Source of the DNA: Gammaproteobacteria bacterium
GTDB lineage: Bacteria; Pseudomonadota; Gammaproteobacteria; UBA4575
NCBI GenBank assembly: GCA_965262455.1
Contig: CBDHFH010000008.1
Span: 1,219,911-1,283,910, forward strand
Direction of reading: 5' to 3'
Length of the DNA: 64,000 bases
This document shows, one piece after another, positions 1 through 9,412 of this stretch. The notes under the pieces are model-generated. The model saw only the letters and a program-made list of their open reading frames with translations. It had not been told where the DNA came from and ran no database searches. Within the stretch, counting starts at the first letter, position 1. Each line of letters opens with the position of its first letter. A program made the position numbers and the translations under genes.

Positions 1-243
1 GACGGCTAACACATGTGACCAACCAGATTTAATATCGCCACGCGCATCGTTTTGATCATAGCGTGCAAACAGCACGATCTCCTGGAGATCGGACAATTCT
101 TGCATCATAAAAAAACCAGCGTCTCGTGTGGTTTCGTTCGCCTCTGAAGACTCATTTCGCCAAGTATTATAAGCAAGACTAGATAAGGCGACAGCTAAAC
201 TGATAATAGCAACTGCATTTTGTTTAACTTGCTGGAGTATCAT
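1..243 (-). CDS. Partial hypothetical membrane protein. Its 5' end is in the window and the gene continues past the left edge. It lies immediately downstream of, and co-oriented with, the HDOD gene.
   Basis: The minus-strand frame is open from the ATG at 243..241 to position 1 (81 codons, no stop). It translates as MILQQVKQNAVAIISLAVALSSLAYNTW..., which has a hydrophobic probable TM segment. The ORF track omits it because it has no stop in the window. Confidence 0.35.
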   Translation of the reverse strand, partial: MILQQVKQNAVAIISLAVALSSLAYNTWRNESSEANETTRDAGFFMMQELSDLQEIVLFARYDQNDARGDIKSGWSHVLAV

Positions 244-287
244 GGAAAGCCAACCCTGGAGTAGCGATGGCTGGAATTATACTCGAG

Positions 288-1223
288 TTATACGACGCCC
301 ATACTCTTTAATAGTATTTGCTTGGCATTTTCAGCATTTGCTTGCAGTGACTCCGCATCACCAACATCGATGTCAAATAATGCGGCCATTTCTTGATATT
401 CTTCCGTCAACTTACCAATTAATGTCAAAAAATCGGTTATGTCTAAACCAAACTGCTTTTCGGCCATCTCTGCGACATCCATATAGTTTTTGTATTCTTC
501 ATCACAGTAAATACAATCGGCGATTGGGCCAGAAAACACCATACATTGAATCAATTTCGGATCTAACTCTGTTTCAACGGCTTGATCTGAAGAATGACTT
601 AAGCCGACCGCTTGGGTTATTTTTTGTGGAATACGCCAAGAGTCTAATAACCACTCACCAATGGCGGCATGATCAGTACCAATTTTGCTTTCTTCCAGCG
701 AACATAAATAACGATGATCTTGCTGCCGATCTTCGACGCCCGCGTAAACTGTTGGAATCGCTTTATCAAGTGCCAACATGCCAATATCTTGCAGCATGCC
801 AGGTAAGAATAACTCTTCTCGCATGGCATACTTGGTTAAATCTCCTAACTTTCGACAGGCTACTGCGGTAGCAAGTGAACGTCGCCAAAATAAATCATAA
901 TCTAAACCCGCGGAATCATCGCTTTGAGACCCTCCCACTAATGAGAAACTCAAAGCAATATTCAAAGTGCCTGTCCAACCAAACATGGAGACTGCCTGTT
1001 GCACACTTTCAGTTTCAATCGCCCGCATGTATAGCGATGAATTTGCCATGCGTATAATTTTAGCGGATAGCACAGGATCCATGCTCACCACCTCCGCTAA
1101 GGTATCGATATCACTGCCGACATTCTGACTAAGTTCGATAATCTGCGCGGCCACCCCAGGAGGCGAAGGTAAATCTTTGCATTTTTTTAATTTATCGATG
1201 ACGTCTTGTTGAATCTCGCTCAT
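288..1223 (-). CDS. HDOD-domain (HD-related output domain) signal transduction protein
   Basis: 311-aa ORF. The N-terminal half (LPSPPGVAAQIIELSQNVGSDIDTLAEVVSMDPVLSAKIIRMANSSLY...) matches the HDOD domain signature. There is no frame disruption. Confidence 0.75.
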   Translation of the reverse strand: MSEIQQDVIDKLKKCKDLPSPPGVAAQIIELSQNVGSDIDTLAEVVSMDPVLSAKIIRMANSSLYMRAIETESVQQAVSMFGWTGTLNIALSFSLVGGSQSDDSAGLDYDLFWRRSLATAVACRKLGDLTKYAMREELFLPGMLQDIGMLALDKAIPTVYAGVEDRQQDHRYLCSLEESKIGTDHAAIGEWLLDSWRIPQKITQAVGLSHSSDQAVETELDPKLIQCMVFSGPIADCIYCDEEYKNYMDVAEMAEKQFGLDITDFLTLIGKLTEEYQEMAALFDIDVGDAESLQANAENAKQILLKSMGVV

Positions 1224-1395
1224 TTAGCTATTTCCACTTGATTGGATTCTCTGGGCTCGGGGTTACTCCTTCAATATCGGCCTGAAAAAGCAGGACTTAA
1301 ATGAAAAATGACAAATTCTTTTGCAGACGACAATTAAGGCGGGATAGCACTCAAACAGAGCACAATTTAAATCGACCAGAGGAAAAATTAAGAGA

Positions 1396-1472
1396 TGGGG
1401 TGAGTGATGGGACTCGAACCCACGACGACTGGAATCACAATCCAGGGCTCTACCAACTGAGCTACACTCACC
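1396..1472 (-). tRNA. tRNA-His (anticodon GTG) with encoded G-1
   Basis: The reverse complement reads ggtgagtgtagctcagttggtagagccctggattGTGattccag...ttcgagtcccatcactcacccca. It folds as a cloverleaf, the acceptor stem gtgagtg/cactcac has an extra 5' G pairing with the discriminator, and it ends in CCA. Confidence 0.9.
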
Positions 1473-1519
1473 ATAACAATGTATGTATTCTATGCGCGAG
1501 CGACAATCACTCGCAAGTG

Positions 1520-1596
1520 TGGCGCGCCCGGCAGGACTCGAACCTGCAACCCCCGGCTTAGAAGGCCGATGCTCTATCCAGTTGAGCTACGGGCGC
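1520..1596 (-). tRNA. tRNA-Arg (anticodon TCT)
   Basis: The reverse complement reads gcgcccgtagctcaactggatagagcatcggccTTCTAagccgggggttgcaggttcgagtcctgccgggcgcgcca. It has acceptor, D, anticodon and T arms, a TTCGAGT T-loop and a CCA end. Confidence 0.9.
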
Positions 1597-1695
1597 AGAA
1601 TCGGCTATTGACCAGAGCCGTGCATAGTAACGCTTAATATAGGTAAGTCAAATTCGAACAGAAAATTTACTGGTTAGTGGCACTTAGTTTCGGGA

Positions 1696-2433
1696 CTATT
1701 TCGCAACTATGCCTGAGTTAGAAAATTTTAATTCACCTGAAACTAAATCATAATTAAACGTAAAAAGACTGGCAAAGTTATTAATCTGCACAGGTTGGCC
1801 ATTCAAGGTGCCCTGCGCTGATGTTTGGAAAAGAAGCATTTTTCCCTTAGCAGATCCATTATTAGATGTGGCACTTGCACCAATCAACTCTATTGCATTA
1901 TCGATTGCTCCAAATGCCTTGCCAAAGTTATCACCGAACTCATCAGTATTACCGGCATTAGGGTAATCCATATAATCTAGAGATATGACATATCCAGTAT
2001 CAGGTATAACCGCTAAAAAGCGATCAGACTTATTTAGTGCGTTGTTTAGTTCCACATTAATGGCTGAATCAACATCATTCTCACATGAAGAAAACATCTG
2101 AGCATGTCCAGCGACTTGCGTGCCTGCAACGATATTCATCCGTGGGCTTTTAGTAGCAGATATGACATTTTCGTCTAAAAAACCACTCACATCAAAAATA
2201 TTTTCCACGTAAACGGTAATTGTCTCGCCTGTATTGAGATTGATTAGATCAGAGAAGTGAAGGCCGGTATCAATAATTGCCGATATCATAAACCCTCCAC
2301 CTTCAATAGAACCTTCCTGCCAGATTGAAAGCATTACTGAACCATTACCTGAGACAGATTGATCCGCGGCATTGGCTGAGAAACTAGCTACTAAAATTGT
2401 AATTATTCTTGCTAACTTAGATAAAACAGGCAT
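1696..2433 (-). CDS. Hypothetical secreted protein (245 aa), Asn/Gly/Ser-rich, of unknown function, embedded inside the tRNA cluster
   Basis: Intact ORF with an N-terminal signal-peptide-like segment (MPVLSKLARIITILVASFSANAADQ). I recognise no conserved domain. It sits between tRNA-Arg and tRNA-Pro on the same strand. Confidence 0.55.
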   Translation of the reverse strand: MPVLSKLARIITILVASFSANAADQSVSGNGSVMLSIWQEGSIEGGGFMISAIIDTGLHFSDLINLNTGETITVYVENIFDVSGFLDENVISATKSPRMNIVAGTQVAGHAQMFSSCENDVDSAINVELNNALNKSDRFLAVIPDTGYVISLDYMDYPNAGNTDEFGDNFGKAFGAIDNAIELIGASATSNNGSAKGKMLLFQTSAQGTLNGQPVQINNFASLFTFNYDLVSGELKFSNSGIVAK

Positions 2434-2680
2434 TGCTTAGCTCCGACAAGATATTCTATTAAACAAAGTTACGATATCAATATGACTTTTTTATTGCCTA
2501 AATAGATATCAAATATCCTGAATCACTATAATTTTGCACATTGAATTAGCTTTCGCGAGGCTTATTAAATCAACAACGAATTTTGTACGGATGGGGTCAT
2601 CGAAATAGGTGAGCTGTAACAGTTATATAAGAAGTGCCGCTTTGCGACAATGAATTTGCTACTAGTGACCTTCGCATGGG

Positions 2681-2757
2681 TGGTCGGGGCAGAGGGATTT
2701 GAACCCCCGACCCTCTGCTCCCAAAGCAGATGCGCTACCAGACTGCGCTATGCCCCG
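2681..2757 (-). tRNA. tRNA-Pro (anticodon TGG), copy 1
   Basis: The reverse complement reads cggggcatagcgcagtctggtagcgcatctgcttTGGgagcagagggtcgggggttcaaatccctctgccccgacca. It is a canonical cloverleaf with a TTCAAAT T-loop and a CCA end. Confidence 0.9.
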
Positions 2758-2966
2758 ATTATGCTGGTGGAATGTCCATGCTGTAGGACGCGGAAGGATA
2801 CGCGTATTAGACCCAAACCGTCAACCAAATATGCTGAAACCACTGGGCTTATTCAGACTCTACTCTTGCATGGTAAATTTCTTTTACACACTCTCTGTAT
2901 TCATTATCATAAACACCCCTCATAATTAACCACCGAATAGGCACCCAATGAAAACTATTTCGATAT
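2681..2966. repeat. Direct repeat copy A (286 bp). It holds the complete tRNA-Pro, its upstream region, and a copy of the first 19 nt of ppiA (atgaaaactatttcgatat).
   Basis: Read directly: 2681..2966 is near-identical to 3024..3308, with one 1-nt indel (cataaacacccc versus cataacacccc). The copies are separated by a unique 57-bp spacer (2967..3023). Confidence 0.85.
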
Positions 2967-3023
2967 AAATTGAGTATAAAACGCGATTTTGAAACTTAGA
3001 ATTTTGTAACTTGTTGATTTTGT

Positions 3024-3100
3024 TGGTCGGGGCAGAGGGATTTGAACCCCCGACCCTCTGCTCCCAAAGCAGATGCGCTACCAGACTGCGCTATGCCCCG
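3024..3100 (-). tRNA. tRNA-Pro (anticodon TGG), copy 2, identical to copy 1
   Basis: Same 77-nt sequence as 2681..2757. Confidence 0.9.
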
Positions 3101-3308
3101 ATTATGCTGGTGGAATGTCCATGCTGTAGGACGCGGAAGGATACGCGTATTAGACCCAAACCGTCAACCAAATATGCTGAAACCACTGGGCTTATTCAGA
3201 CTCTACTCTTGCATGGTAAATTTCTTTTACACACTCTCTGTATTCATTATCATAACACCCCTCATAATTAACCACCGAATAGGCACCCAATGAAAACTAT
3301 TTCGATAT
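3024..3308. repeat. Direct repeat copy B (285 bp). It overlaps the real start of ppiA.
   Basis: See copy A. Copy B runs into the genuine ppiA start codon at 3290. Confidence 0.85.
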
Positions 3309-3871
3309 TTAGTCTTGTAATGTGCTTGTTTTTAGCCATTTTAGGAAATACTGCTATGAGCGAAACTAACCCCAAAGTTCAATTTGAAACCACCAAGGGC
3401 ACTATTCTCATCGAGCTGGACGCTGAAAAAGCTCCAAAAACAGTAGAGAACTTTTTGACCTATGTGAATTCTGGCCACTATGACGGCACTATTTTTCACC
3501 GTGTGATTCCGTCCTTTATGATTCAGGGAGGCGGCTTTGATAGCGACATGAATCAAAAATCGACTAACGACCCAATTGAAAATGAAGCCAATAATGGCCT
3601 CAAGAATATTAAAGGGTCTATTTCAATGGCCAGAACCAGTGCGCCTCACTCTGCAACGGCGCAATTTTTTATTAACGTGGTTGATAATGCGATGCTTGAT
3701 TTCACAAGTGAGTCACCTCAGGGTTGGGGTTACGCGGTTTTTGGTCAAGTGACTGAAGGGCTCGATGCAGTGCTCGCAATTGAAGAAGTTGCTACCGGTA
3801 ACCACGGCATGCATCAGAATGTGCCTCTTGAGCCGGTTGTGATTGAAAAAGCCAGCGTTGTCTCTGACTAA
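3290..3871 (+). CDS. ppiA: Periplasmic peptidyl-prolyl cis-trans isomerase A (cyclophilin type)
   Basis: The 193-aa ORF has a signal peptide and cyclophilin motifs ([42 protein letters not shown]). Confidence 0.9.
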   Translation: MKTISIFSLVMCLFLAILGNTAMSETNPKVQFETTKGTILIELDAEKAPKTVENFLTYVNSGHYDGTIFHRVIPSFMIQGGGFDSDMNQKSTNDPIENEANNGLKNIKGSISMARTSAPHSATAQFFINVVDNAMLDFTSESPQGWGYAVFGQVTEGLDAVLAIEEVATGNHGMHQNVPLEPVVIEKASVVSD

Positions 3872-3883
3872 TACCCTGATTAT

Positions 3884-4618
3884 TTGATGCCAGAGACACT
3901 GTTTGTCTCAGATGTTCATCTAGATGCTAAAAGATCGGCTATTGTCGATCTTTTCAATCAATTTCTACTACAGCGCGCCATTCACGCGGATGCGCTTTAT
4001 ATACTAGGTGACTTGTTTGAATACTGGGTAGGCGATGATGCTCCTTATCAGGAATATCAACAAACACTTCGCGCAATTAAATCAATCACTGCTAACAAGA
4101 CACCTGTTTATTTCCTGCATGGCAACCGTGACTTCTTAGTTGCACAACGCTTCGCACAACAAACTGGCGTAACATTGTTGACAGAAGAACACATTGCATC
4201 AATTTACAATCAAGCTATCTTACTCATGCATGGTGACACACTTTGTACGGATGATATTGCCTATCAAAACTTTCGCAAGAAAACACATAACAAATTTCTG
4301 CAATGGTTAGCATTGCGTTTACCTGTCAATACGCGTTTAAAGCTGGCAGAAAAATTAAGGAACACATCAGCTCAAGCGGTCGCAGAGAAATCAGCCGACA
4401 TTATGGATGTCAATCAAAGCGCGGTGGAAGATGCATTACTCAGGAATCAAACAACATGTTTAATTCACGGCCATACGCATCGCCCGGGGATACATGAGTT
4501 TTCGCTCAATCAACAAGCTTGCACAAGGGCTGTGTTAGGTGATTGGTATCAACATGGAAGTGTTTTAACAATAACTCCAGAAGGAATGGAACTGCAAAGC
4601 TTTACAACAATTGATTAG
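3884..4618 (+). CDS. lpxH: UDP-2,3-diacylglucosamine hydrolase
   Basis: The 244-aa ORF begins LFVSDVHLD...ILGDLFEYWVGDD, the metallophosphatase signature of LpxH. It has the same orientation as ppiA with a 12-bp gap. Confidence 0.9.
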   Translation: MMPETLFVSDVHLDAKRSAIVDLFNQFLLQRAIHADALYILGDLFEYWVGDDAPYQEYQQTLRAIKSITANKTPVYFLHGNRDFLVAQRFAQQTGVTLLTEEHIASIYNQAILLMHGDTLCTDDIAYQNFRKKTHNKFLQWLALRLPVNTRLKLAEKLRNTSAQAVAEKSADIMDVNQSAVEDALLRNQTTCLIHGHTHRPGIHEFSLNQQACTRAVLGDWYQHGSVLTITPEGMELQSFTTID

Positions 4619-5397
4619 CTCAGTGCCTTTAACTCTGACGCACTAAAGCCTGCTTGCTGACGCGCATCCATATGCAAAGGCCCATTACCCACACTGACTT
4701 GATATTGTTTGAGTAATGCAATGAATGTCGCTTCCGAATCAAGTTGTTGTTTTTCACAGGCATATCTAAACCAACGCGTACCGATCTCAACATGACCTAT
4801 TTCTTCTTGCAGTATAATTTTTAAAATTTTTACCGTGTCATAATCCCCAACTGATTGTAATCGTTCAATCATGCCTGGTGTGACATCCAGACCACGCGCT
4901 TCTAATACCCTTGGCACAAGCGCCATGCGCTCAACAATATTATGTTGTGTTTTAACCGCCATTTCCCATAGGCCATTATGTGCAGTGAGTTCGCCGTAGT
5001 GAGCGCCGAGCTGTGTTAGACGTTGCTGTAAAAGCGTAAAGTGTTTTGATTCTTCCCGGGCGATGCGCATCCAATCTATATAGTATTGTTTGGGCATTGT
5101 TTGAAATCGATAGCACGCATCTAATGCTAGATTGATGGCATTAAATTCAATATGACATATTGCATGCACTAACGCGATACGGCCTGGTTGGGAGTTGAGT
5201 TTGCGCCGCGCTACTTGACTGGGATGCACTAGTTCAGGCTTGTCTGGCCTGCCAGGCACTTCAATTGTGTCAATCGTTGAGTGTTGGATTAATTCTAACT
5301 TATCTGACAGCAAGCCAGCATAGATAGCATCTACTTGTGATACTTTACTCAGTGTGCATGTTTCAATTAGTGCATGTTTGACTGAATCAAAAAACAC
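4615..5397 (-). CDS. Ferritin-like diiron protein of the DUF455 family
   Basis: The 260-aa ORF carries two E...ExxH-type motifs (REESKHF, LQEEIGHVE), consistent with a ferritin-like fold. The family assignment is from memory. Confidence 0.6.
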   Translation of the reverse strand: MFFDSVKHALIETCTLSKVSQVDAIYAGLLSDKLELIQHSTIDTIEVPGRPDKPELVHPSQVARRKLNSQPGRIALVHAICHIEFNAINLALDACYRFQTMPKQYYIDWMRIAREESKHFTLLQQRLTQLGAHYGELTAHNGLWEMAVKTQHNIVERMALVPRVLEARGLDVTPGMIERLQSVGDYDTVKILKIILQEEIGHVEIGTRWFRYACEKQQLDSEATFIALLKQYQVSVGNGPLHMDARQQAGFSASELKALS

Positions 5398-5401
5398 AAT
5401 G

Positions 5402-6643
5402 TTATTGCTTTAATGCCACAACCAAGTCCATCACATTTGTGCCTGTTGGCCCTGTTGTCACCAAATCGTTAGTGTTAACCAGGTAGTTTCCCACATCTGC
5501 GCGTGCTAAATGATCATTGATATTTAACTGCTTGGCTTCGCCTCTTTCCACAGTGTATCCATCGACCAGCCCACCCGCATCTGGCGTTGGTCCATCGGTG
5601 CCATCAGTGCCTGCAGCCAACAAAACAATATTGCTACTGCCTGCAAGCTCTCGCGCGGCTACACCGGCAAGGTGTTGGTTACGTCCTCCGCGACCAGGAT
5701 TCTTAGGTAGAATTAACGATGTTTCACCACCCCAGATATGAATTCCACTCGCAGCTGATTTTAAATACTCACATAGCTGTTGAGCTTTTTTTTCTGCATT
5801 ACCCTCCATGAACTCTGCATGAGTAGTGACTTCGTGCCCTAGAGACTTTGCGCAGTCTGCGGCTGCATTTTTTGCATCGTCAAGTGTGGCAATCACATGC
5901 GTGGTGACATTATCAAACATCTCTTTTTTTGCAGCCGGGGTAAAACTAACACCTTGTAGAATGTTAGCGATAGATTCAGGAAATTCTAATTGGGTGATAT
6001 CTTCGTCGACTGGGGTTAACGGCCCTGAACCGATCACCGCAGGGTCATCGCCTGGCACATCTGAAATCAGCAGTGTAAGGGTTTTACGGCCATTTATAAA
6101 ATTAGCTAGGCGACCGCCCTTGATATGCGAGATGGCACGGCGGATTTGATTCATCTGAGTGATGTCATAGCCAATAGATAACAACACTCTATTCAGTTCG
6201 GCTAATTTTTCTAATGTCATTCCTTCAACAAGTACTTCCATTAAACTTGATGCACCGCCTGAAAACAGAACTAAAAATTTCGCCTCACTCGGCGCCGAAC
6301 TAACAAACTCAACTAGCGCCTTGCCTGCTGCCAAGCTAGGTTCACCTGGAACCGGGTGATCAGACTCCATAGTTTGAATTTTATGATAACTACGCAACGC
6401 TTGCTCAGTATGATCATGCTTAGTGATCACAATACCATCCACAATTTGATCACCAAGTACAGACAATGCACCTAACGCCATTGAAGAGGCCGCTTTACCT
6501 ACCGCTATCAAATGATAGCCGCCTGTTAGCTTATTATTTTTTAAAAAACCAACCACGGCGTTATCACCTTTGACACGTGCCACTCCCGCTTCAAAAATTG
6601 TCAGTACTTGCTCACGTGCATGTTGAAGTTGTTCGGCATCCAT
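5402..6643 (-). CDS. Glycerate 2-kinase (MOFRL family, TtuD/GckA-like)
   Basis: The 413-aa ORF has N-terminal AVGKAASSMA and a C-terminal block AAGTDGTDGPTPDAGG typical of hydroxypyruvate-reductase-like MOFRL glycerate kinases. Confidence 0.7.
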   Translation of the reverse strand: MDAEQLQHAREQVLTIFEAGVARVKGDNAVVGFLKNNKLTGGYHLIAVGKAASSMALGALSVLGDQIVDGIVITKHDHTEQALRSYHKIQTMESDHPVPGEPSLAAGKALVEFVSSAPSEAKFLVLFSGGASSLMEVLVEGMTLEKLAELNRVLLSIGYDITQMNQIRRAISHIKGGRLANFINGRKTLTLLISDVPGDDPAVIGSGPLTPVDEDITQLEFPESIANILQGVSFTPAAKKEMFDNVTTHVIATLDDAKNAAADCAKSLGHEVTTHAEFMEGNAEKKAQQLCEYLKSAASGIHIWGGETSLILPKNPGRGGRNQHLAGVAARELAGSSNIVLLAAGTDGTDGPTPDAGGLVDGYTVERGEAKQLNINDHLARADVGNYLVNTNDLVTTGPTGTNVMDLVVALKQ

Positions 6644-6755
6644 AATAATTACTTAATATTGATATTTGAATTTAAGGCGCGAGAATACAGTATATAAGAG
6701 GCTCAAGCGAATGTTTAATGTAGTGAAGACTGGCTAAAATTCCTGCGCAAAGTGT

Positions 6756-7298
6756 CTAGGCGATATAAACAAATGTTCCTTCATTGACTTGATCATATAA
6801 TTCAATGACATCTTTATTCAGCATACGCACACACCCATGGGATGCAGGCTTACCAATCAAGCCCTCTTCTTGTGTGCCATGAATATAAATATAACGTTGA
6901 AATGAGTCGATACCTTCGCCAAGGTTTTTACCTGTCTCTAAGCCTTTCAACCAAAGTACTCTCGTTAGGATTAAATCTTCCTGAGAGGATAATGCTTCAG
7001 ATATGATTTGCGCACATTCGCCTGTGGCTTGGCGCGCGCGTAATATTTCATGCATTTCACACTGTGCACCCAGCTTTTGTTCAATGGTGTGTGCACCGCG
7101 CGGTGTTTTATAACTATCCTGCGTCTCACCCAAACCATATTTTGACGTCGATACAGCGTAACTGCTTTCAACGCTATCAACATTAATCACATACATACAT
7201 TGATTGTCAGTAATCACTAACAGCCACACATCAGTCATCTGTGTAGAAAATTGCTTGGCTATATCAGCAATGAAATTGTTTACAGAAGCGATCTGCAC
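6756..7298 (-). CDS. L,D-transpeptidase catalytic-domain (YkuD) protein
   Basis: The C-terminus (YIYIHGTQEEGLIGKPASHGCVRMLNKDV) contains the conserved H...G.(S/A)HGC active-site motif. No clear signal peptide is present at the ORF start. Confidence 0.65.
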   Translation of the reverse strand: MQIASVNNFIADIAKQFSTQMTDVWLLVITDNQCMYVINVDSVESSYAVSTSKYGLGETQDSYKTPRGAHTIEQKLGAQCEMHEILRARQATGECAQIISEALSSQEDLILTRVLWLKGLETGKNLGEGIDSFQRYIYIHGTQEEGLIGKPASHGCVRMLNKDVIELYDQVNEGTFVYIA

Positions 7299-7308
7299 CA
7301 GTTTAGCG

Positions 7309-8817
7309 TTATAAGCTATTAATCATATCAATGTTTGAAACAAGGTCGTCTGTCTGACGCGCCTTGCTTTCATCACAGCGTACCACTTCAAGTGAGCGTA
7401 AATATTCCGCGTCAATATCGGTCACATATTCTCCCGTGAATACTGATGTCTCGAAATGTTTGAGTTTTTTATTGCCTTTGCGCACGGCCCAAATTAAGTC
7501 GTCAATATCTTGATAAAACAATTTGTCAGCACCAATTTCTTCACGTACTTCATCAATGCCTTTGCCGTGTGCAATCAGTTCGTTAGCCGCAGGCATATCG
7601 ATGCCATAAACATTTTGAAAACGCACAGGCGGTGATGCAGAAGCAAAATAAACATTTCTCGCACCGGCATCTCTGGCCATTTGTACTATTTCTTTAGATG
7701 TTGTCCCGCGCACAATTGAATCATCCACCAGCAATACATTTTTATTTTTATATTCAAGCCTAATTGGGTTTAACTTTTGTCGAACAGATTTCTTGCGTTG
7801 AGTTTGCCCAGGCATAATAAATGTACGCCCAATATAGCGGTTTTTAATGAACCCTTCTCGATATTTACATTTCAGCACATGCGCTATTTCAAGTGCTGCC
7901 GTGCGACTTGTATCAGGAATAGGTATGACAACATCGATGTCATGTTCTGGCCACTGTTTCTGGATTTTTTCCGCAAGCCGCAAACCCATACGCATACGAG
8001 CTTTTTGCACATACACATTTTCTATAATTGAATCTGGTCGCGAGAAATAGACATACTCAAATATACATGGCGTATGCTGCGCTTCTTCTGCACAGATTTG
8101 AGAATGAAACTGTCCATTTTCTTCTATTAACACAGCCTCACCCGGTTTCACATCGCGTACTAACTCGTAACCCAGCACATCTAAAGCCACACTTTCAGAT
8201 GCCACCATGTATTGTTTACCCTGCTCAGTCTCTTTAATGCCATACACTAGCGGGCGAATACCATGCTTATCGCGAAAAGCCAGAATACCAAAGCCACAAA
8301 TCATAACCACCGCCGCAAAGGCGCCTTCGCAGCGACGATTCACGCCTCTTACAGCATCAAAGATTGTGCGCGGTGTTAATTGTTTTTGACCACTATGAAT
8401 TAACTCATGCGCCAATACATTGAGTAATATTTCTGAATCAGAATTAGTATTGATATGTCTGCGATCATCATTATAAAGTTCACGCTTTAACTCATCTGCA
8501 TTAGTTAAATTACCGTTATGCCCCAAAGATAATCCATACGGAGAGTTAACATAAAATGGTTGCGCTTCAGCAGACGATGAACTTCCCGCAGTTGGATAAC
8601 GCACATGAGCAATACCCATGGTGCCGCACATTTGCTGCATGTGGCGATCCTGGAAGACATCTCTTACCAGACCATTACCTTTACGTTGAAATACGCGACT
8701 GCCTTCTGATGTTGTAATACCGGCAGCATCTTGACCTCGATGCTGAAGTACAGTCAGACCATCGTATAACTCTTGGTTTAATTGATCACTTCCAACAATT
8801 CCTACTATTCCGCACAT
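7309..8817 (-). CDS. purF: Amidophosphoribosyltransferase
   Basis: The 502-aa ORF begins MCGIVGIVG (N-terminal nucleophile Cys). It has the Ntn glutamine amidotransferase and PRTase domains and sits in the conserved cvpA-purF context. Confidence 0.95.
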   Translation of the reverse strand: MCGIVGIVGSDQLNQELYDGLTVLQHRGQDAAGITTSEGSRVFQRKGNGLVRDVFQDRHMQQMCGTMGIAHVRYPTAGSSSSAEAQPFYVNSPYGLSLGHNGNLTNADELKRELYNDDRRHINTNSDSEILLNVLAHELIHSGQKQLTPRTIFDAVRGVNRRCEGAFAAVVMICGFGILAFRDKHGIRPLVYGIKETEQGKQYMVASESVALDVLGYELVRDVKPGEAVLIEENGQFHSQICAEEAQHTPCIFEYVYFSRPDSIIENVYVQKARMRMGLRLAEKIQKQWPEHDIDVVIPIPDTSRTAALEIAHVLKCKYREGFIKNRYIGRTFIMPGQTQRKKSVRQKLNPIRLEYKNKNVLLVDDSIVRGTTSKEIVQMARDAGARNVYFASASPPVRFQNVYGIDMPAANELIAHGKGIDEVREEIGADKLFYQDIDDLIWAVRKGNKKLKHFETSVFTGEYVTDIDAEYLRSLEVVRCDESKARQTDDLVSNIDMINSL

Positions 8818-8826
8818 ATTGACTCT

Positions 8827-9393
8827 CTAAAGTTGGATTTCAGCATTAGGGACCTTGCCTGGCATTCTAAACTGTTGCGAGTAACGCTCTGGCAATTGTT
8901 CCACTACCCATACTGCAGCTATTTCAAACGGTTTGAGTAATTTTGATGCCTGCCAGGTAGATGTTTGTGGCAATGTAGTAAATGCAGACGCAGTCATAAT
9001 TAAAATAATTGTAATGACAGAGGCGCGCAACAATCCAAACACCATGCCTAACATACGATCTACACCTTTTAGAATTTGTGCTTTCATAATCTGACTAAGC
9101 ACAAAATTGACCAGTCCACCGAATACCAATACACCCACCATTATTAAAACAAATGCGATACCCACACGTATGTTAGTACCATATTCCTTGTCGCCAAAGG
9201 ACAAGCTGGCACTGTCTATCGCCTCGGGTAACAGATACGATACTTGTTCTGATTGCGTCAAGGCAAGCCAAATTGCTGCTACCCATGTGGCAATAGAGAC
9301 AGCCTCACGTACAAACCCCCGGAGTAACGCGATTGTCGTAGATATTAAAAATATAACGACAATAATAATATCTATCCAGGTGATTGTATCCAT
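8827..9393 (-). CDS. cvpA: Colicin V production protein CvpA (inner-membrane protein)
   Basis: 188-aa multi-TM protein immediately upstream of purF, as in enterics. Confidence 0.8.
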   Translation of the reverse strand: MDTITWIDIIIVVIFLISTTIALLRGFVREAVSIATWVAAIWLALTQSEQVSYLLPEAIDSASLSFGDKEYGTNIRVGIAFVLIMVGVLVFGGLVNFVLSQIMKAQILKGVDRMLGMVFGLLRASVITIILIMTASAFTTLPQTSTWQASKLLKPFEIAAVWVVEQLPERYSQQFRMPGKVPNAEIQL

Positions 9394-9412
9394 GTCTTTA
9401 TTTAGTATCTAA

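Noticed and set aside
242-871. 209-aa plus-strand ORF
   Set aside because: It lies entirely antisense to the well-supported HDOD gene and has no recognisable motifs. It is a typical shadow ORF.
1301-1561. 86-aa plus-strand ORF
   Set aside because: It reads antisense straight through tRNA-His and tRNA-Arg, so it is an artefact.
1597-2680. Possible tRNA-targeted genomic island delimited by att-like repeats
   Set aside because: I found no repeat of the tRNA-Pro 3' end near tRNA-Arg and no integrase. The observed repeat covers the whole tRNA plus upstream DNA, which fits a segmental duplication better than an att site.
2650-3293. Four overlapping plus-strand ORFs (91, 76, 86 and 83 aa) in two near-identical pairs
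   Set aside because: They arise because the duplicated tRNA-Pro block is stop-free on the antisense strand. The GAEGFEPPTLCSQSRCATRLRYAP peptide is the classic antisense-tRNA translation.
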